A stretch of DNA of 64,000 nucleotides, taken from the NCBI RefSeq assembly GCF_001194135.2, contig NC_068982.1, positions 36,209,712-36,273,711 of the forward strand, given 5' to 3'. This stretch comes from Octopus bimaculoides. Taxonomy: Eukaryota. The notes below the pieces were generated by a model. It ran no database searches. It saw only the letters and a program-made list of their open reading frames with translations, and had not been told where the DNA came from. A program made the translations under genes and the position numbers. Below are positions 12,966-28,057 of this stretch, in pieces. Position 1 is the first letter of the stretch. Every line of letters begins with the position of its first letter.

Positions 12966-15900
12966 TGGTTGAAACCTTGCACTATAAATGAAAGTAAAGA
13001 AAACTAAGTAGCATATAGGGTTTTTTCAACATATTTTGAAGTTCATCAGTTAAGAGAAATGAAAATGCAATAATGTTTAATGGAATGAGAGTTGACAAAG
13101 GCTCTACACCGTTAATTACTTTTAAGTTTATTCCAAAACATAATATATAAAGATAGGCTTTTAATTTCATTACTCACGCATACATATATATTTGATGTGT
13201 AGTAGATCATGTAATTAATGCACTCTAAGCAAAAAGGAACTCTCAGCTTAATGAATGCATTTCTGTATGCTACCGCAATTACTTATAATCAAAAATAGCA
13301 TTAACATAGATTGTTTGAGACTGTGTAAAGGGAAATAGCTACCATTAAATTCACAAGCCACCACAAACCCTGTCATAACAGAAGCACAGTAAAAGTCTTC
13401 AGAAAGTAAGCTACAAAGTTGCCATTAATCCATAAGGTAAAATTGCAACGTGAAAATCCATTGTATTAAAATTATGAATGTTGCACCTTGCATTCTAGAA
13501 GAATGAGGATACTGAATAAAGTAGTCAAGATGCAATATGGATAAACAACGTACATCACTTTCAAGGAGTGATACTCCTTTTATAAACAGTTGAAAAATGA
13601 CAGAGTGGAAAATCACCCCGGAGAGACCTGATAGCTAGATGCATCTATAAGAAGGCTTTGTCAACTTGTTCCTAGAAACAGTGGTTAGTATCATTAACAA
13701 CAGTGTTGTCTAGCAGGGATCAGACAACAATAGTGGCTAAAATTAGAAAATCTAATTGCATGTCTAAATATTATGTTTAAACTATAAACATGCTGTGTGG
13801 ATGAATTAACAAGGGGATTACAAGGTTTCACTAAACATGCAAGAAATAGTAACCAAATCTTCCTCAAAATATACCCTACTGATCCTTAAAAAAAAGGACA
13901 CACTGGTTTGGTTAGTGTAGTTCTAGACACTTAGTCACCACATATATAAAAAAAAAAAAAAAAGGAGAAAAAGGAGCATTATGGATATTGTTGAAACACC
14001 TTAATCATAGGTCTGATGAAAGTTGACTTTGAAGCCAAACTGGTGTAGAAATTAAAAACAATTCTAGTAATACAATTCTAGTAATACACTATACTAAATA
14101 TCTTGTCACAAAGTAGTCATCAAAGAAGCAAAACAACACAAAAGACTTCTGTGGTATTGTGGTCAATGTATAGAGATATTCATTTTAGCAGTTCTTTGTT
14201 TGTAGTCACTGTGTCACCCACTAGAAACGAAGAAGTGTCATATCAATATACATGATATTATCCATATTATAATCAGCAATTTAATATTGGTTTCAAATTT
14301 TAGCAGAAGGCCAGCAGTTTTGGGGAGGAGAAAAAATCAATTACATCGACCCCAGTGCTCAACTGGTACATATTTTATTGACTTCGAAAGGATAAAAAGC
14401 AAAGTTGACTGTGGTGGAATTTGAACTCAGAATGTAAAGATGGACAAAATGCCACTAAGCATTTTGCCTGGTGTGCTAATGATTCTGTCAGCTTGCTGCA
14501 CTTTCAGCAGCTTAATATCTGCAAGGAAGCTTATTTCCTATGGGTAATCATGTCTTTGCAAATGCAATATTAAAATATAACAAAATAGAAATACAAAATA
14601 TATACATCTATAGGATGTGGTGATTCAATGCAAAATGTAGCCTCATTTTTAGAAATATGGAGTACTATTAAAATATTCCACACTACAGAGAACATCTGTA
14701 GCAAATGACATAAGGACCCAAAATATTTTGAACTCTGAATATAGGTTCTTACTTTTATACCACAGTCACCTTCACATAAAGACATGTAACAAAACAGCCA
14801 TTAAACAGAAGGAAAGACACCTTTTAAATTCAACCATTTACAAGAAGGATAAAAGTCTGTAAAAGTAACACCTACATGCATGCTTATAAAAAGATCTAAG
14901 TTACGTTGTTAACCACTGGTGGTTATTCTGTCACAAAGGAAATAAATCAAGAAAGCACAAAAGTACACAGATACATACACATATGCACACACTCGTATAT
15001 GCATGCACATAGAAACAGGGAAAGGATGAAAGAGAGACAACATATGGCTGGGTAAGTTGCAAGAGTGTGAAGGGAGAAGCAACGTAGAGAATGTAACATG
15101 GTAGTTGAGAAGAAGAGATAATTTGGTAGCACAGAAGGGTTTTCAATGTAAAATGTGAGTGAAGAGGGGGCAGTATTGAGGATGAAGGTTGGATAACAAA
15201 TTAAATGGTTTTGGGTGTCAAAAAACACCTATCATCACCATTATCATCATTTTAATCCATTCTCCAAGTTGGCAGGAGTTGGTTAGGTGTTACAGTCTGG
15301 ATCAGTTTTTATTTGACGTTACTGACTCTTTAGACAATCCCTATCTTACTTCTATGTTCTAATTTTGGCATGGTTTCTATACTGGATGTCTTTCTTAATA
15401 CCATATGGAATTCTGGGTTCACTCTGAGTGACACCTAAGGTAACTGCCTTCTACTACAGTTTCAGATCCAGTAATGTCATACGAATGGAATTAGGTAGGC
15501 AGAAATTGTAGGGAACCCTGTCAAGTGAATATGTGCACGCACATGCATCTGCTTATGTTCAGGCCTTGTAATTTAGCCATTCAATAAGTGTCGGACTTAA
15601 AAATAAGCACTGAAGTCAATATGATAGCGTAAATTCTTTAAGACAGTGACCAAGCATGATTACAGTCCATGTCAGAAAAAAAATTTAAAAAATGTGTGTG
15701 TGTGTGTTTATGTGAGTGAAGGGAAGATGGTGATGGTTGTGATAGATAAAATATTTCTAATTGTGAAATACTAGTATAGGTATATTGGCTCAACGTTTGG
15801 CAGTGCTTCTTTGGCACAGAATTAAGGGATAACGTTCCATATTTGGAATAATCTGTATATAAGTGTGTGTAGTTAGTTTAAACAAAAATGCATATACACA

Positions 15901-16642
15901 CATGCACATGCACACACACATGAAATTCATGTGTGTAACAACAGAGTATCTTGTGCTTCTTTACAACAAATCTATTCCCGAGCCAATTATTTGGTGTCAA
16001 ACAACTTAACTTTGGCTAATGATCAATAACGCTTTGTATCAAAAGAACAAGTTGAAGTGAAAATTTTACAAATATAGAAACATATTAAGAGGAGAAAATA
16101 AGAATAAACATTCATGACTCAATTAGAGCCAAACCCCGAAACAAAAATAAAACACGATAAATAAATGAAATTTTAAATATTTCATATTCAAAACAGGCAT
16201 TTGTTTGCATCTGCTTGTCAGTGAACTGCTAAATATACTTTGAAGGAAAGACAGCTTTTAAAAAAGTGGAAGAATATTTACATAATTGAATTTTCAGTGT
16301 GTAACTTAAATAGTTCATATGTTAGAAAAAAAATCAATGAAAACAAACCAAAAAAAAACCCCAAAACAATGTGAGAACACCTTTACAGAATTCGCAAAAC
16401 ACCACCAGAAGAACAGAACTATTTTATTATGTTGGATATTTACTAGATTTCCTCAAAATAATTAAGAAAACAGAACATAAACAATGAGTTTAGCTATTTT
16501 AAAAAGAAAAGAAAATAGCAAAATTTAGAAAAAACACTTGCTTAAAAAAAAAAAAATCTTTGTCGAATTTAGGTAGAAGATTAGCTATAATCAGAATGCA
16601 TTTTTTAGTAATATGTTATAAATGTAGTACTGATAACCCAGT

Positions 16643-17020
16643 GGAGACGCAATGGCCCAGTGGTTAGAGCAGCGGACTCGCGGTTGTCGGATCACAGTTT
16701 CGATTTCCAGACCAGGTGTTGTGTTTATTGAGTGAAAACACCTAAAAGTTCCACGAGGCTCTGGCAGAGAGTGGTGGCGAATCCTGCTGTACTCTTTCAA
16801 CACAACTCTCTCCCACTCTTCCTGTTTCTGTTGTACCTGTATTTCAAAGGGCCAGCCTTGTCATACTCCGTGTCACGCTGAAGCTGAATCTCCCCAAGAA
16901 CTACGTTAAGGGTACACGTATCTGTGGAGAGCTCAGCCACTTGTGCATTGATTTCATGAACAGGCTGTTCTGTTGATTGGATCAACTGGAACCCTCATTG
17001 TCGTAACTGACAGAATGCCA
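16643..17020 (+). mobile_element. Full-length tRNA-derived SINE with TSD
   Basis: Box A TGGCCCAGTGG and box B GTTTCGATTTCC. The TSD ACTGATAACCC occurs at 16629-16639 and 17028-17038. Confidence 0.9.
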
Positions 17021-18739
17021 CTAACTAACTGATAACCCTATTGAAGGCTTCCAATACTGGTAGGGAGTTAGTTATCCTCTGACTAAAGCCCTGACCCAAA
17101 TACTTGCAACAGAATGGACTCCACTAAAGTTACCAACGTTCAAGTGTGGTGGTGTTTAATTGGGCATTAGATTAAATCAATTACATTTATTGATTTTTGC
17201 TCAGTATTTTCTTCAAGATTATATTCTGTATCAACTAAAGATTAATTAGTGTCCTTTTTTTTTTTGTTTACATAAAAGAGTAAGATATAACATTTATTGT
17301 TCCAAATACTCTGTACACTCAAATACTTTAGGCATCTAGCAATAAACAAAATTTCCAAATATTGATAATTTAATTGATAAAAGAAATTATTAATACTTTA
17401 CTATCACAACATAGTATTGGTGGGGTGTTGGGCCCACAATCACAATTCCTGAACAAGGCAGTATGTTATGTCTTTGAAGAAGGTACTTCATTTCATATTG
17501 CTCCAGTCAACTCTGCTGAAAACATATATCAGCCTAGTTATGATGCAGCTGTCCCTCTTTTTAGTTGTCATGTCTTCAATGTTTCACTGGATCAAAGGTG
17601 AGAGAGCTAAGAAAGTGCCTATGTCTGCCACCAACAACATAGGTGCCTAAAGCAATTATTGAAAGTTTGGTACTTCCAATGAAGTTATACTCACTTGCGA
17701 ATGATGGCTATGGTTTTTATGACAATTGAGTTCTCTCAAGTTAGCTCTTATCCTCTCCATCCTATCTCTCTCTCTGTCCCCGCTTTTTTTCTTTCTCAGT
17801 TACTCATACACATACCCATGGGTACCCTAGCATATGGAAACATATGATAACCTATGGCTGACTAGCACTCAAGAGTTGTCAATATAGCTTTGTTATGAGG
17901 TCCAACTAGCAGCAGTTAGTGACACTGTGTGTTGTTTCTGGTTTAAATCTCAACAACTCAATCAACATAGTTGTTAAATTACTGACTAAATTCCAAGAAA
18001 TTAATGACTGAAGAATTTAATTTACAAACTATATAGTATGTCAGCATACAATGGTAGTTGAGATGTCAACTCTACAAATGAAATGCTAAGTTAAGATTCT
18101 CAAAGAACTAACATGTCATTTATAGACATAATTAAGTAAGATTTAGGTTGTGCAGAATATTAATCCAAAAGATAGGCAGATTCCAGAAAATTCAGGCATT
18201 TTTTTTTTGGTGAGGTGAGGTTTGAATCAGGTATATTTAGCAAAGTATTTTCAAGACAAATAGTGAGCTTTTGACAATGGACACAGAACAATGGTAGTGG
18301 GGATTTAATGTTGTTTTCATTCATTTATCTAAGGAAAGGGGGCAGTGTCTGTAATTTTTGTGCAGCTGAGTTAGTATGTTAATATTCTATTGGAACCAGT
18401 AGCAAATGAAAGCAATTTTTAATTTGAATTGCTGCAGGTTAATAATTGTAGAGAAATACAGGAGTTGGATTAGAATTCGAAAGAATTGGAATTGAAGCAG
18501 ACATTAAGTGTGGTGGATTTAATCATGGGGGTCCTGCTTATAGAACTTGGTTGAAAAGAGGTGGGTGGGTGGATTCCACAAGCTTTACAGAAGTAACTCT
18601 TAGCAAGGGACCAGAAAACTTGGTTGCAAAATAGGAGATGAGAGAGGATATGCTAGCTGCGCGATGCACAAATTTGTCTTGTTTTCCTCATTGTCATCTT
18701 ACATGCATTGCATAGGCTAGTGGTCAATTCTTTGGTTGT

Positions 18740-19180
18740 GAATGGAAACTTCCTCCGGGTGTTGAAGACAATGTTCTTTGACTGCATCATCAATAGTCTT
18801 GGCAACAAAAAGTGTAAGCATACATAGGAAGTATGATATTGCATGGTAGAGGGGCATGACACATGCATTAGTAAGACATGCACATTGAATGCAGGAGATC
18901 TGAAGAGGCTGAAGAGAAACGAGGCAAGCATGATTCATTGGATGGATAATTTTAACATGAATTAGATCACAAGTGCCCTGAGATAGATATCAATACACGA
19001 CAGAAAGAGAGACAACTATACAACAGCCCTCATTACCCATTCATTACATGCATGAACATGTGATGTGAATGGGTGATGAGTGTTGGACAAAAAAGTACAG
19101 TGGAGAAAAATGTTCTGGAGATATTCATAGGGAAGGAAGGAGTGATGAAGTCAGATCTCAGGAAGCTGGACTTCACATAT
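18740..19180 (+). mobile_element. Decayed RTE ORF C-terminal fragment
   Basis: MILHG..., DLKRLKRNEASMIHWM, similar to the RTE MLHGSETW and LERNEASMLRWM motifs. Confidence 0.6.
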
Positions 19181-19240
19181 GTGATGAGAATATTACTTGG
19201 GTACTGTGTTGAGAGAGACACTGAGAGGCACCAAAGTAGC

Positions 19241-19297
<57 letters not shown>

Positions 19298-21627
19298 GTG
19301 ATGAATGTCAATAAAGACTAATCAGGAGAGGGAGTGGAAGTTAGCAGCATAGTGGGGGTAATGCTAGCTGGTAAGTGAGCGATGAAAGTCAATAAAGGAA
19401 TGATGGTAGGGAGAAGAGGAGATGGAAGGAATGTTGATTAGTAGTACATTGGGGTAAAAAGACAGAGTGCATCAGAAGATCTGATGCAATCTCTTTTTAC
19501 TGAAGCACTGTGATATTTGGAAGAGAACCGTGAAATATGTGGTGGCAGTGGGAGCATTGAATATGGACAAATCTGTTTGCTCTTACACACACATGCATGC
19601 ACACGTATAATACACATATGCATGCCTATATAAAGAGGTAAATGAGTCTCCATTTGTTTCGGCAATGGGTATTTCAGTTGTTCAACCAAGTGAATTACTT
19701 GCTTTTATTAGTTTGTAAGTGGCTGAGTATATAAAAAACACAGGCAAATTAGTGTGACATGGTTTGTGACAAGACTAACCCTTTGAATCACAGGGACATC
19801 TGAAGCCACCTGATGGGCTTCCATACAGTTTTACTCTACCCAGTTTCATTCACAAGAAGCCACTCCACTCCCTAGTTTCAGCTGAGTCCACCTTGCCCAT
19901 GGTGCAGGCTTTAATACTGATTATAGGCTGCACTTAATGGCTAGTGGGCAATAATCCATGCTCCATTAAACTCATTATAGTCATATGCTCAATCTTAGAT
20001 TACTCCTCAAAGCTTTGTGTTTGCGTACATGTGCACGTGTGTACATGTATGCATGTAAGTATATGTATGTATACATATATGTATATTTATATATTTTATT
20101 TATATACATATATATATATATCGTGTATATAGTTTATAGAGGATTTATTTTGACAAGACACAAGGTCACAAATGGAATTAGATCAGACCTAGTTAAGTAA
20201 ATGAATTCTGGTATCTTACAGAGATGTATTATATTAACCCCGGAAAGATGAAAGGCCAAGTTCACTATGATATTAATTGAACTTATATCTAGAAGGATAC
20301 TATCACATAGTGCATATAAAGTTTTGAGTGTGCATCTATTGTGTCATGTATTTTATAAAGCTACCATCTGTAAGTGTTAAAAACATTAATAAAAACCATT
20401 TACCAACACCAATTTAGTGACGAACAGAAGGTTTACACTAATCATAATAAGATGCCTGACAAATAGGAGTTTCGTTTATAAAACATGCTAGAAGAAAACT
20501 GAATAAAATCAAAATGTCAATAGCAAGAGAGAGTTGATTTGGTTACTTTAATATTTTAAAGTTAAATGCTTCACTGAGTTGATGAGTTTTATGTTGATGT
20601 AACAAGTGGGTAAAATAATGTATATGAAATAAAATTTAAAAAAAAGATTAATATGGCTATTGATACAAAGAGTAATCCTCACTTCCTAAAGTCTTCTTGA
20701 AACAATGTAAGTGTAGGATTAATTTAATCATCCTTATCTTATAAACTCAGAATACTAAATAGCTTATAAGCTCTATTACATTTTCATTTAAATCTTTCAA
20801 TGCTAGATTTAAATCAATTCTTTATGCAAGAAGATTTATATTTCATAAGTTTTCATAAAACTCAATTCAAATTATTTTATAACATGTTAAAAGTGATTTG
20901 GATGTATGTGATAAAAAGAAAAACAAAATCTGTTGTTTCATAAAGATTACATAAAACAAAGAGTTTCCATGAAAAAAATATGCCATTTTGTAATTAACAA
21001 AAACAGGAATCAATTACATTAATAAGTGAAGACTACCAGAAATTTGATCTGCTTGGGATTTTCTCAATTTCTATACAAGTTTCTAAGAATAGTACAAAGC
21101 CTAATGGAAAACACATATTATATACAATACTAGTATAGCTGTGCCATTAAAAATGAAGGAATTTTAAAAGAAATAAACTGCTAATGGTATGTAATAAATA
21201 CATCAACATAACATACATTCCATATATTTAATATAGACTTGTATAGTAAAGTTAATTAAATTCTCATCAAAAATAGTTTGAAGGATTGAATGGAAAGAAA
21301 ATAAATATAAGGTAAAGTTTTATATTAATTGATTTAGCATTTTATTGAGGTAAAGATGATAAAAACTTTATTTAATTCCTCAACTAATATTTTATTAAAA
21401 GCACAGGTAATCTTGCATCATCAAAAATGACAATGATACAAGCATAATAAAAGGTATTCATATTCATGACCTATGTTAAAGAATGCAAAATGAATACTGC
21501 TCACAGTATAGTTAGTTAGTTAGTTCATGTGTGATTGACATTCTCGACAACATCCTTTGAAAATTTCTATCACTAAAAGGAGTTGAACTTACGCTCCTTT
21601 TCATTTGTTCTACCACTGAACTGCATA

Positions 21628-21710
21628 ATAATTTAGCAGGACAGAAGAAAAATGAATAATTTAGTAGGACAGAAGAAAAATGAATAATTTAGCAGGACAG
21701 AAGAAAAATA
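21628..21710. repeat. Three head-to-tail copies of a 28-bp unit
   Basis: ATAATTTAGCAGGACAGAAGAAAAATGA x3, no spacers. Confidence 0.9.
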
Positions 21711-21949
21711 TGTTTGTGTGTGCATGCGTGCATGTTTTCTTCCCAGTTTAGGGAAGAAAAGAGAGAAATTAGAAAAAAGCTAAATTAAGACATGAGATAT
21801 TTTCATTTACTTCTGAAGTTTCAGTGTTTATGTGAGTCAGTGTGTGTGTGTGTGTATTGAATTGTGAATACATATTTCTCAAAGATACCAGAATTGAAAC
21901 AGCAAAAATTTCAAATTTTATTAAAGTGTAATAACCTATGACATAATGA

Positions 21950-21991
<42 letters not shown>

Positions 21992-22434
21992 ATGCATACA
22001 TATATCATGTGTTAATGTATTTCTGTGACACTGAGACTCTCTCTCTTCCTGCCATCTCATTCTTCTGTCTTCTTTGTAAGGAACTAGAGAGAGATATTTT
22101 GTATTTAATGTGGTGCTTTAAATTAAGTTAAAAATTTATCAATCGAATTGAGTTTTATATATTTGTCCCTCTGCAGTTGATTAAATAAGTCCATGTAATA
22201 CGAAGTGAAAATGTCTATGAATCTATCAGGTTGTTGGTTAACAACTCTAGATACCATCTTCACATCATGAGTTGAGAAATATCATTAATCTCTTTCTGAA
22301 TTAACTGAATTCATAGGAGTGAAAATTAAAGTTTAATTAGTCAAGAGTGGATCTTAAAACTAATTTATTGATCACTGTGAAATATATTTCTTAAATAAAT
22401 TAGCTGCTTGTCTGACTAGCAAAAAGACATAATA

Positions 22435-22480
22435 CAGTGGAGCCTCGGTTTACAAATTTAATTCATTCTTGAAGGCCATT
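22435..22480 (+). mobile_element. Tigger/pogo-like TIR remnant
   Basis: TA|CAGTGGAGCCTCGGTTTAC resembles pogo/Tigger termini. The partner TIR was not found. Confidence 0.35.
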
Positions 22481-24064
22481 TGTCACCTGAAATTTCCAGA
22501 TAGTAAATTCAAGAAAAACCGGTGATTTCAAGCAGGGATGTGCAGTAACTGATGCTCTTCCACCGATACTCTGAGCTTGTCACCAACTGTTGGTGCTGGC
22601 TTGCATGTTCATTACTCAAAACACTGTTTGTCACCTGAGAGGTTTTATGTTTGAAAAATTGCTTATAAACTGATTTGTTTCCACATAAAAGTATCCATGC
22701 AGTGCCATGTAAAAGTGCCTGTGTAGGGCACCATGTAAAAGTTCCTTTGCGATGCCATGTAAAAGCATTCATGTGGTTCTACGTAAAAGCGCTTGTGCAG
22801 TGCCACGTAAAAGCACCCAGCACACTCTGTAAAGTGGTTAACATCAGGAAGGGCATCCAGCTATAGAAACCATGCCAAATGAGATAGGAATCAGGTGCAG
22901 CTCCCCAGTTTGCCTGCTCTGGTCAAACTGTTCAACCCATGCCAAAATGGACAATGGACATTAAATGACAATGATGATGATGACGATAAGTGTTCATAAA
23001 ATGAAGTTCCACTGTATATTGATGTTTAAAATACTAGGATGCCTCATATACTGAAGTGTTATAATGAAATACTGACTTATTATTTAAGTATGAAATTTCT
23101 ATAGAAGTGGGTAATGGGATAGTGTGACGTAGAGGCATTTCCCCAAGAACATTAGTGATGTAAGTGAAGTGTTTACTAGCGCAAATTAAAACTGGGTCAT
23201 GGTCTCAGGTCACAAGGAAATTAATGTCACATAACAGCATCAGCCATTTTGTAACTGTAGAATAGTGAGTGATAATAACATAGGGTCCTATTTAATGAAA
23301 TATTTCATACAGATGTTTATTATAAAACATCTGGAACACCGTCTCTCAAAATATACTTTTATCACTCGCCTGTTTCATTGAAAAGTTTTATCATCATATG
23401 GCTATTAGTAAAACTATTCCACCACTATCACTATCACCACAACAACCACCACCATCACTATCATCATCATCATCATTAATTATAACAGAAATGAATGGAA
23501 GATTATTCTCCTTTCTATCATACAATTATATTTTTCTATTTCTAGTATATATTTATGTGTGTGTGTGTGTGTGTGTGCACACATTATATATACTTTGTAG
23601 TGTCTTAGGAGAGTCACAATGCCAATAAAAATAACACACACTCTGGTTCAATTCTACTCCTTTATCATTAGTCAAGTGATTAAATATCTATCCAACTAAC
23701 TAATCGATCATTTGTTTAACTTATTCATTAAACAGTCAGTCATTTATTTTATTTTTTGTTTAATGTAAAGTAAAAGTATAAACAGGCAAACAACTGGTAT
23801 CAAATTAGATTGTGACATTTATATATGTTTATCATGGGGTTTGAGTTGTTATATGAGATCATAAGGAAGTAGTCTCTTACAGCTGTTTCAATAATAGATG
23901 AACAGATGGTGCATTTCCCTGCATACCATCAGCAGTTAACTTTATAGTAGCAACCTATCCTATCAAAGGTCAGAATGGCTAGCAGTATGTATTTAAAAAC
24001 CAAAGACAAATAAAGGTATACTAACTAATGCGGACCATAAATTCTTGATTTAATAAAATTATCT

Positions 24065-24450
24065 CACGGGGCCTCACAGAGGCAGTGTCATGTAACTAGC
24101 ACTTGTGCTGGTGGAATGAAAAAGCACCTTTCGAACATTGGGCTTCATGGAGGCAATGACAAATGACCAAGACATTTGGCAATATGCCGTGCTTGAATAG
24201 AAGACTTATCAAGCCAAGTGAGATCATAGTTGTGGCAGGTACTGGTGTCATGCAACTGGCACCTGTGCTGGTGACACATAAAAGCACCCATTACACTCTT
24301 GGAGTGGTTGGTATTAGGAAGGGCATTGAACCATAGAAACCATGCCAAATCAGACTGGAGTTTGGTGCAGCCCCTCAGCTTACCAGCCCTGGTCAAACTG
24401 TCCAACCAACACCAGTATGGACAATGGATGTTAAATGATGATGATGATCT
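24065..24450 (+). mobile_element. RTE LINE 3' end fragment
   Basis: Same ORF end, UTR and (GAT)n tail family. Further tail copies lie at ~22690-22990, ~25700-25910 and ~30940-31110 (+), and ~35820-36010 and ~61890-62060 (-). Confidence 0.75.
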
Positions 24451-25999
24451 CTGCTTCCAGTGATGGTAGACCAATCTGTCGGTGGCAATTGGTATTTAGT
24501 ATCTCACCATCAGCTACATTATTTTAAAAACTTTTTTTTGTCAAAATTGGAAGGTACCAACATATCTAACCAAAACAGCAATGAACCAACAGTGGAGCCT
24601 GATCTACTTGAAATAATAGCCAAATTGCCTTCAGATTACACCACCAGAAGGAAAGAAGACATCAAATAATGTAGCCCTATGTAAAAAGATGGGATGAAAT
24701 ACTTTTAATCATGGGTCTGCTAAATCAAAGCAGATCTGAGATTAAACAATAATCAAACAATAAAAACTAACAGAATTCTCACACAAATTGTGTGAATAGA
24801 TGTTGTATAGCAAAAGCATTTATATGAAGCATTTAGATCTAAAGAACTTGCTGTAAGTTTATCATTTTATTTTCTCTATACTATTTGAAACACAAGAAAA
24901 GATCTTTAACACTCAATTTTATTCAGGTAGTTAATTGCAGTGTGTGGTCCTCAGAGACAAACAAAAATAAGTTGGTATGTATTAGCATCCAATTAGTTTG
25001 AAACTAAATGAAAAGTCGACCCAGTCAAGCTGTTTTGAACAAAAGAAACAATGACTCTCAGTGTAAGCATAAATTTTGAAGTTACTAATTAATGCAATAC
25101 ATTTGAACAAGTAGATGAAACTTTATTATACAGAAAATGATATTGATGACATCTATAAGTGTATACATGCCTTTATTTTTAGCTTTTATTTGTTTCAGTC
25201 ACTGAATTGCAGCCATGTGGGGACACTACCTTAGGGAGTTTTAGTTGAATGAATTGAACCCAGTACTTTCTATCATCCCATCTATACTCTGAACCCCATT
25301 CCTTGTGATATATCACCATCACCTCTCTCCTGCTGTATCCCTCTCTCTCTCTCTCTCCCTCCCTTGCTCTTCCCTCTGGCTGGGTAACCATATATCTCCT
25401 CTACAGCAGCACACCTGTCTCTGTCCTCTTTCTTGTTACCCCTCTCTCCCTCTCTCTTTCTTTCTCTCTCTTCCCCGGGTAACCATGAACATCCTCTTTA
25501 ACAAGACACCTGTTTCTGCGTCTGTCTCTCTGTCACACTCTAATCTTTCATCATCTGACACAAGATCACTTCCTTGAATTCCCTCTCCCTCTCAAAATTA
25601 CTTGTCTTGCAAGTTACTTGGTGACCCTGTCAGTGCTGGTGCCACATAAAAAGCATTCAGTCCACACTGTGAAGTGATTGGCATTTGGAAGGACATCCAG
25701 CTGTAAAAATTACACCAAGGCTGACCTTGCCTGTGCTAGTGCTATGTAAAAAGCACTGAGTCCACTCTATGGAGTGGTTGGTGTTAGGAGGGGCATCCAG
25801 CCATAAAAACCATGTCAAAACAGACACAGTAGCCTGGCTGGCTCCTGTCAAATTGTCCAACCCATGCCAACATGGAAGACAGACGTTAAATGATGATGAT
25901 GGTGATGATATTATCAAAATGTAAATTTTTGTTAAACATTATTATAATACATATTAATCACAGCTGATAAAATGGTTTCTCATTATACAGGTAGGTCAT

Positions 26000-26245
26000 A
26001 TAAGATCCTTCTTGAGTCATATAGACCCATGGGGCTGGTTTTCCTGTTTCCATGGTGCATATATCCTCCCTTGGATGGGATGCCATTTCATTGCAGGATT
26101 ACTCATTTTGGCCAGCTGAGTTGACTGAAGGAACATGAAATGAAGTGTTTTGCTCAAGAACACAACGCGTTGCCAGGTGCAGGAATTGAAACCATAATCT
26201 AATGATCATGAGTCCAACACCCTAACCACTAAGCTATGTGCCTCC
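26000..26245 (-). mobile_element. tRNA-derived SINE (third family)
   Basis: Minus-strand head GGAGGCACATAGCTTAGTGGTTAGGG...GGTTTCAATTCC, then TTGTGTTCTTGAGCAAAACACTT. A relative lies at ~47840-47965. Confidence 0.8.
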
Positions 26246-26890
26246 ACATAGGCAGATCACATAAAGATGACTAATATTAAATCATAGAATTCCATGATAT
26301 ATTGCCATAATGGTTCTCCAGTATTCTTAATATTTAAGAAAAAAGCACTGCTTTTCTAAATATTTCCTAATGAATATTTTGTTGTTACATAATTATAAAG
26401 GGTATCACAATTATATTGCCCAAATCAATAGCTGACTGTAGATTAACCTCAATTTTGTGAGGTTTTAGTTTAAATATTCTAATCTAAACGTCTTTGAGGC
26501 CATTAAGTTATTGAAATTTATACATTAAAATTCTTTGCATGCAACATCAAAGTGTTCAGCTCTTATGACGAAATCACTTGCCTTTAATGTATCTTTCAAA
26601 TTTACATTCAACATCACTATCAGAACATACTCAGCTCATTTCCCTGGAGTTATTACAGATTTACTATTTTTACCATTCATGTTTCAATAATTCATTCAAT
26701 CTTTTTTAGCACTCATTTAAGCTCTATTTTCCTAAGTATTATGCTATACCATTAAGACATAACTATTTCAACTAGATCCAGAACAGTCTTTAGGCTTAGA
26801 CTATTGGTACTATTAGTTTCTGCAGAACACTTATTTTCACTTGTTAATTTAGTACTGATCTGTCAACATATTATTTATGCATCAACTGAA

Positions 26891-27090
26891 GGTGGTGAGC
26901 TGGCAGAATCGTTAGCATGCCGGGCGAAATGCTTAGTTGTATTTCGTCTGCCACTACATTCTGTGTTCAAATTCTGCTGAGGTCGACTTCACCTTTCATC
27001 CTCTCAGGGTCAATAAGTCAAGTACCAGCTGAATGTTATTGACTGTCCCCCTCCCTGCAAAATCTAGGCCTTGTGCCTATAGTGGAAAGG
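26891..27090 (+). mobile_element. tRNA-derived SINE with 19-bp TSD
   Basis: Head GGTGGTGAGCTGGCAGAATCGTTAG...GTTCAAATTC. The TSD ATTATTTATGCATCAACTG occurs at 26870-26888 and 27091-27109. Relatives lie at ~14295-14505 (-), ~48855-48955 (-), ~53320-53530 (+) and ~61650-61800 (+). Confidence 0.9.
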
Positions 27091-27534
27091 ATTATTTATG
27101 CATCAACTGTCTGTACTGATTACACAGTGCAATTGTTTTTTTTTTTGCATTTGGTCAGTAAGTGTTTAATCAAAGGAAATTACAACTATTCTCTTCAAAC
27201 TTTGCTTTTGTGACCTATTTTGAAACTGACCTATTATTTTCTATTACATTTCAGACAGATTCAGTGCTGAGTTACTGAAGCAGAAATATTGTCATAGCGA
27301 ATATTCTGCTCAATGCCACATATTTGCTTGTGAGTTGCTTGACCTTAACCGCTTGAGCTTATTCCACAGTGGCTGACAATGTGTATCTCTGATCATGAGC
27401 AGTAGTGTGGGAGCCTCATAGACATGTGTTGAGAAAGATTCTTTGGGGTTTGAATAAATGTAACACAAGCAAAGTCTGAAGGAAATATTAGCCATTTTTC
27501 ATACTCTCTAGGAGTAAGCAAATAGGAAGTGACA

Positions 27535-28057
27535 TCGCAAACTCAATACGGAGGCCTACATCAAGTGCCTGAAGGAGGTAGTGCTGCCCTGGGTCAAAAG
27601 GGTGGCTGCTGGAAGACTTTATGTCTGGCAACAGGACTCTGCACCATGCCACACAAACAGAACCCAGTCATGGCTGTCAGACAATTTCTGTGACCACATC
27701 ACCCCTCACATCTAGCCACCTAACTCCCCAGACTGCAACTCCTTTGATTATTATATGTGGGGCACAGTTGAGTGAAAGACCAACAAAACTCCTTGTAACA
27801 CCAAAGATGAACTGAAGGCAAGGATTATGGTAGCATTCACCAACTTAAACAAGGAGACCGTTCAGAAGAGTTGCAGGAAATTCCAAAGTCATTTGGAGGC
27901 CGTGGTTGAAACCAATGGTGATTTTATTGAATAAATTTACTCTTTAGTATTTCAAAATATTTTAATGTAATTTTGATAAATATATCTGTTAAAATGAGAT
28001 GTCAGTGTTATTTTCATTTTCGTGTAATTTAGACGACAGTTTATTCACTGCACCCTG
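27535..28057 (+). mobile_element. 3' fragment of a Tc1/mariner-superfamily (maT/DD37D-like) transposon
   Basis: YIKCLKEVVLPWV...WQQDSAPCH...*PPNSPDCNSFDYYMWG...EAVVETNGDFIE*. Spacing between the last two Asp is 36 aa here, probably 37 before a codon loss. Ends in the TIR-like ...CACTGCACCCTG followed by TA. Confidence 0.85.

Noticed and set aside
16643-16715. tRNA gene-like A/B boxes (also 26891 and 26245 heads)
   Set aside because: They continue into SINE bodies (TSDs at the 16643 and 26891 copies), and I see no complete cloverleaf.
21628-21710. 28-bp direct repeats, superficially CRISPR-like
   Set aside because: Head-to-tail with no spacers, eukaryotic context, no cas genes.
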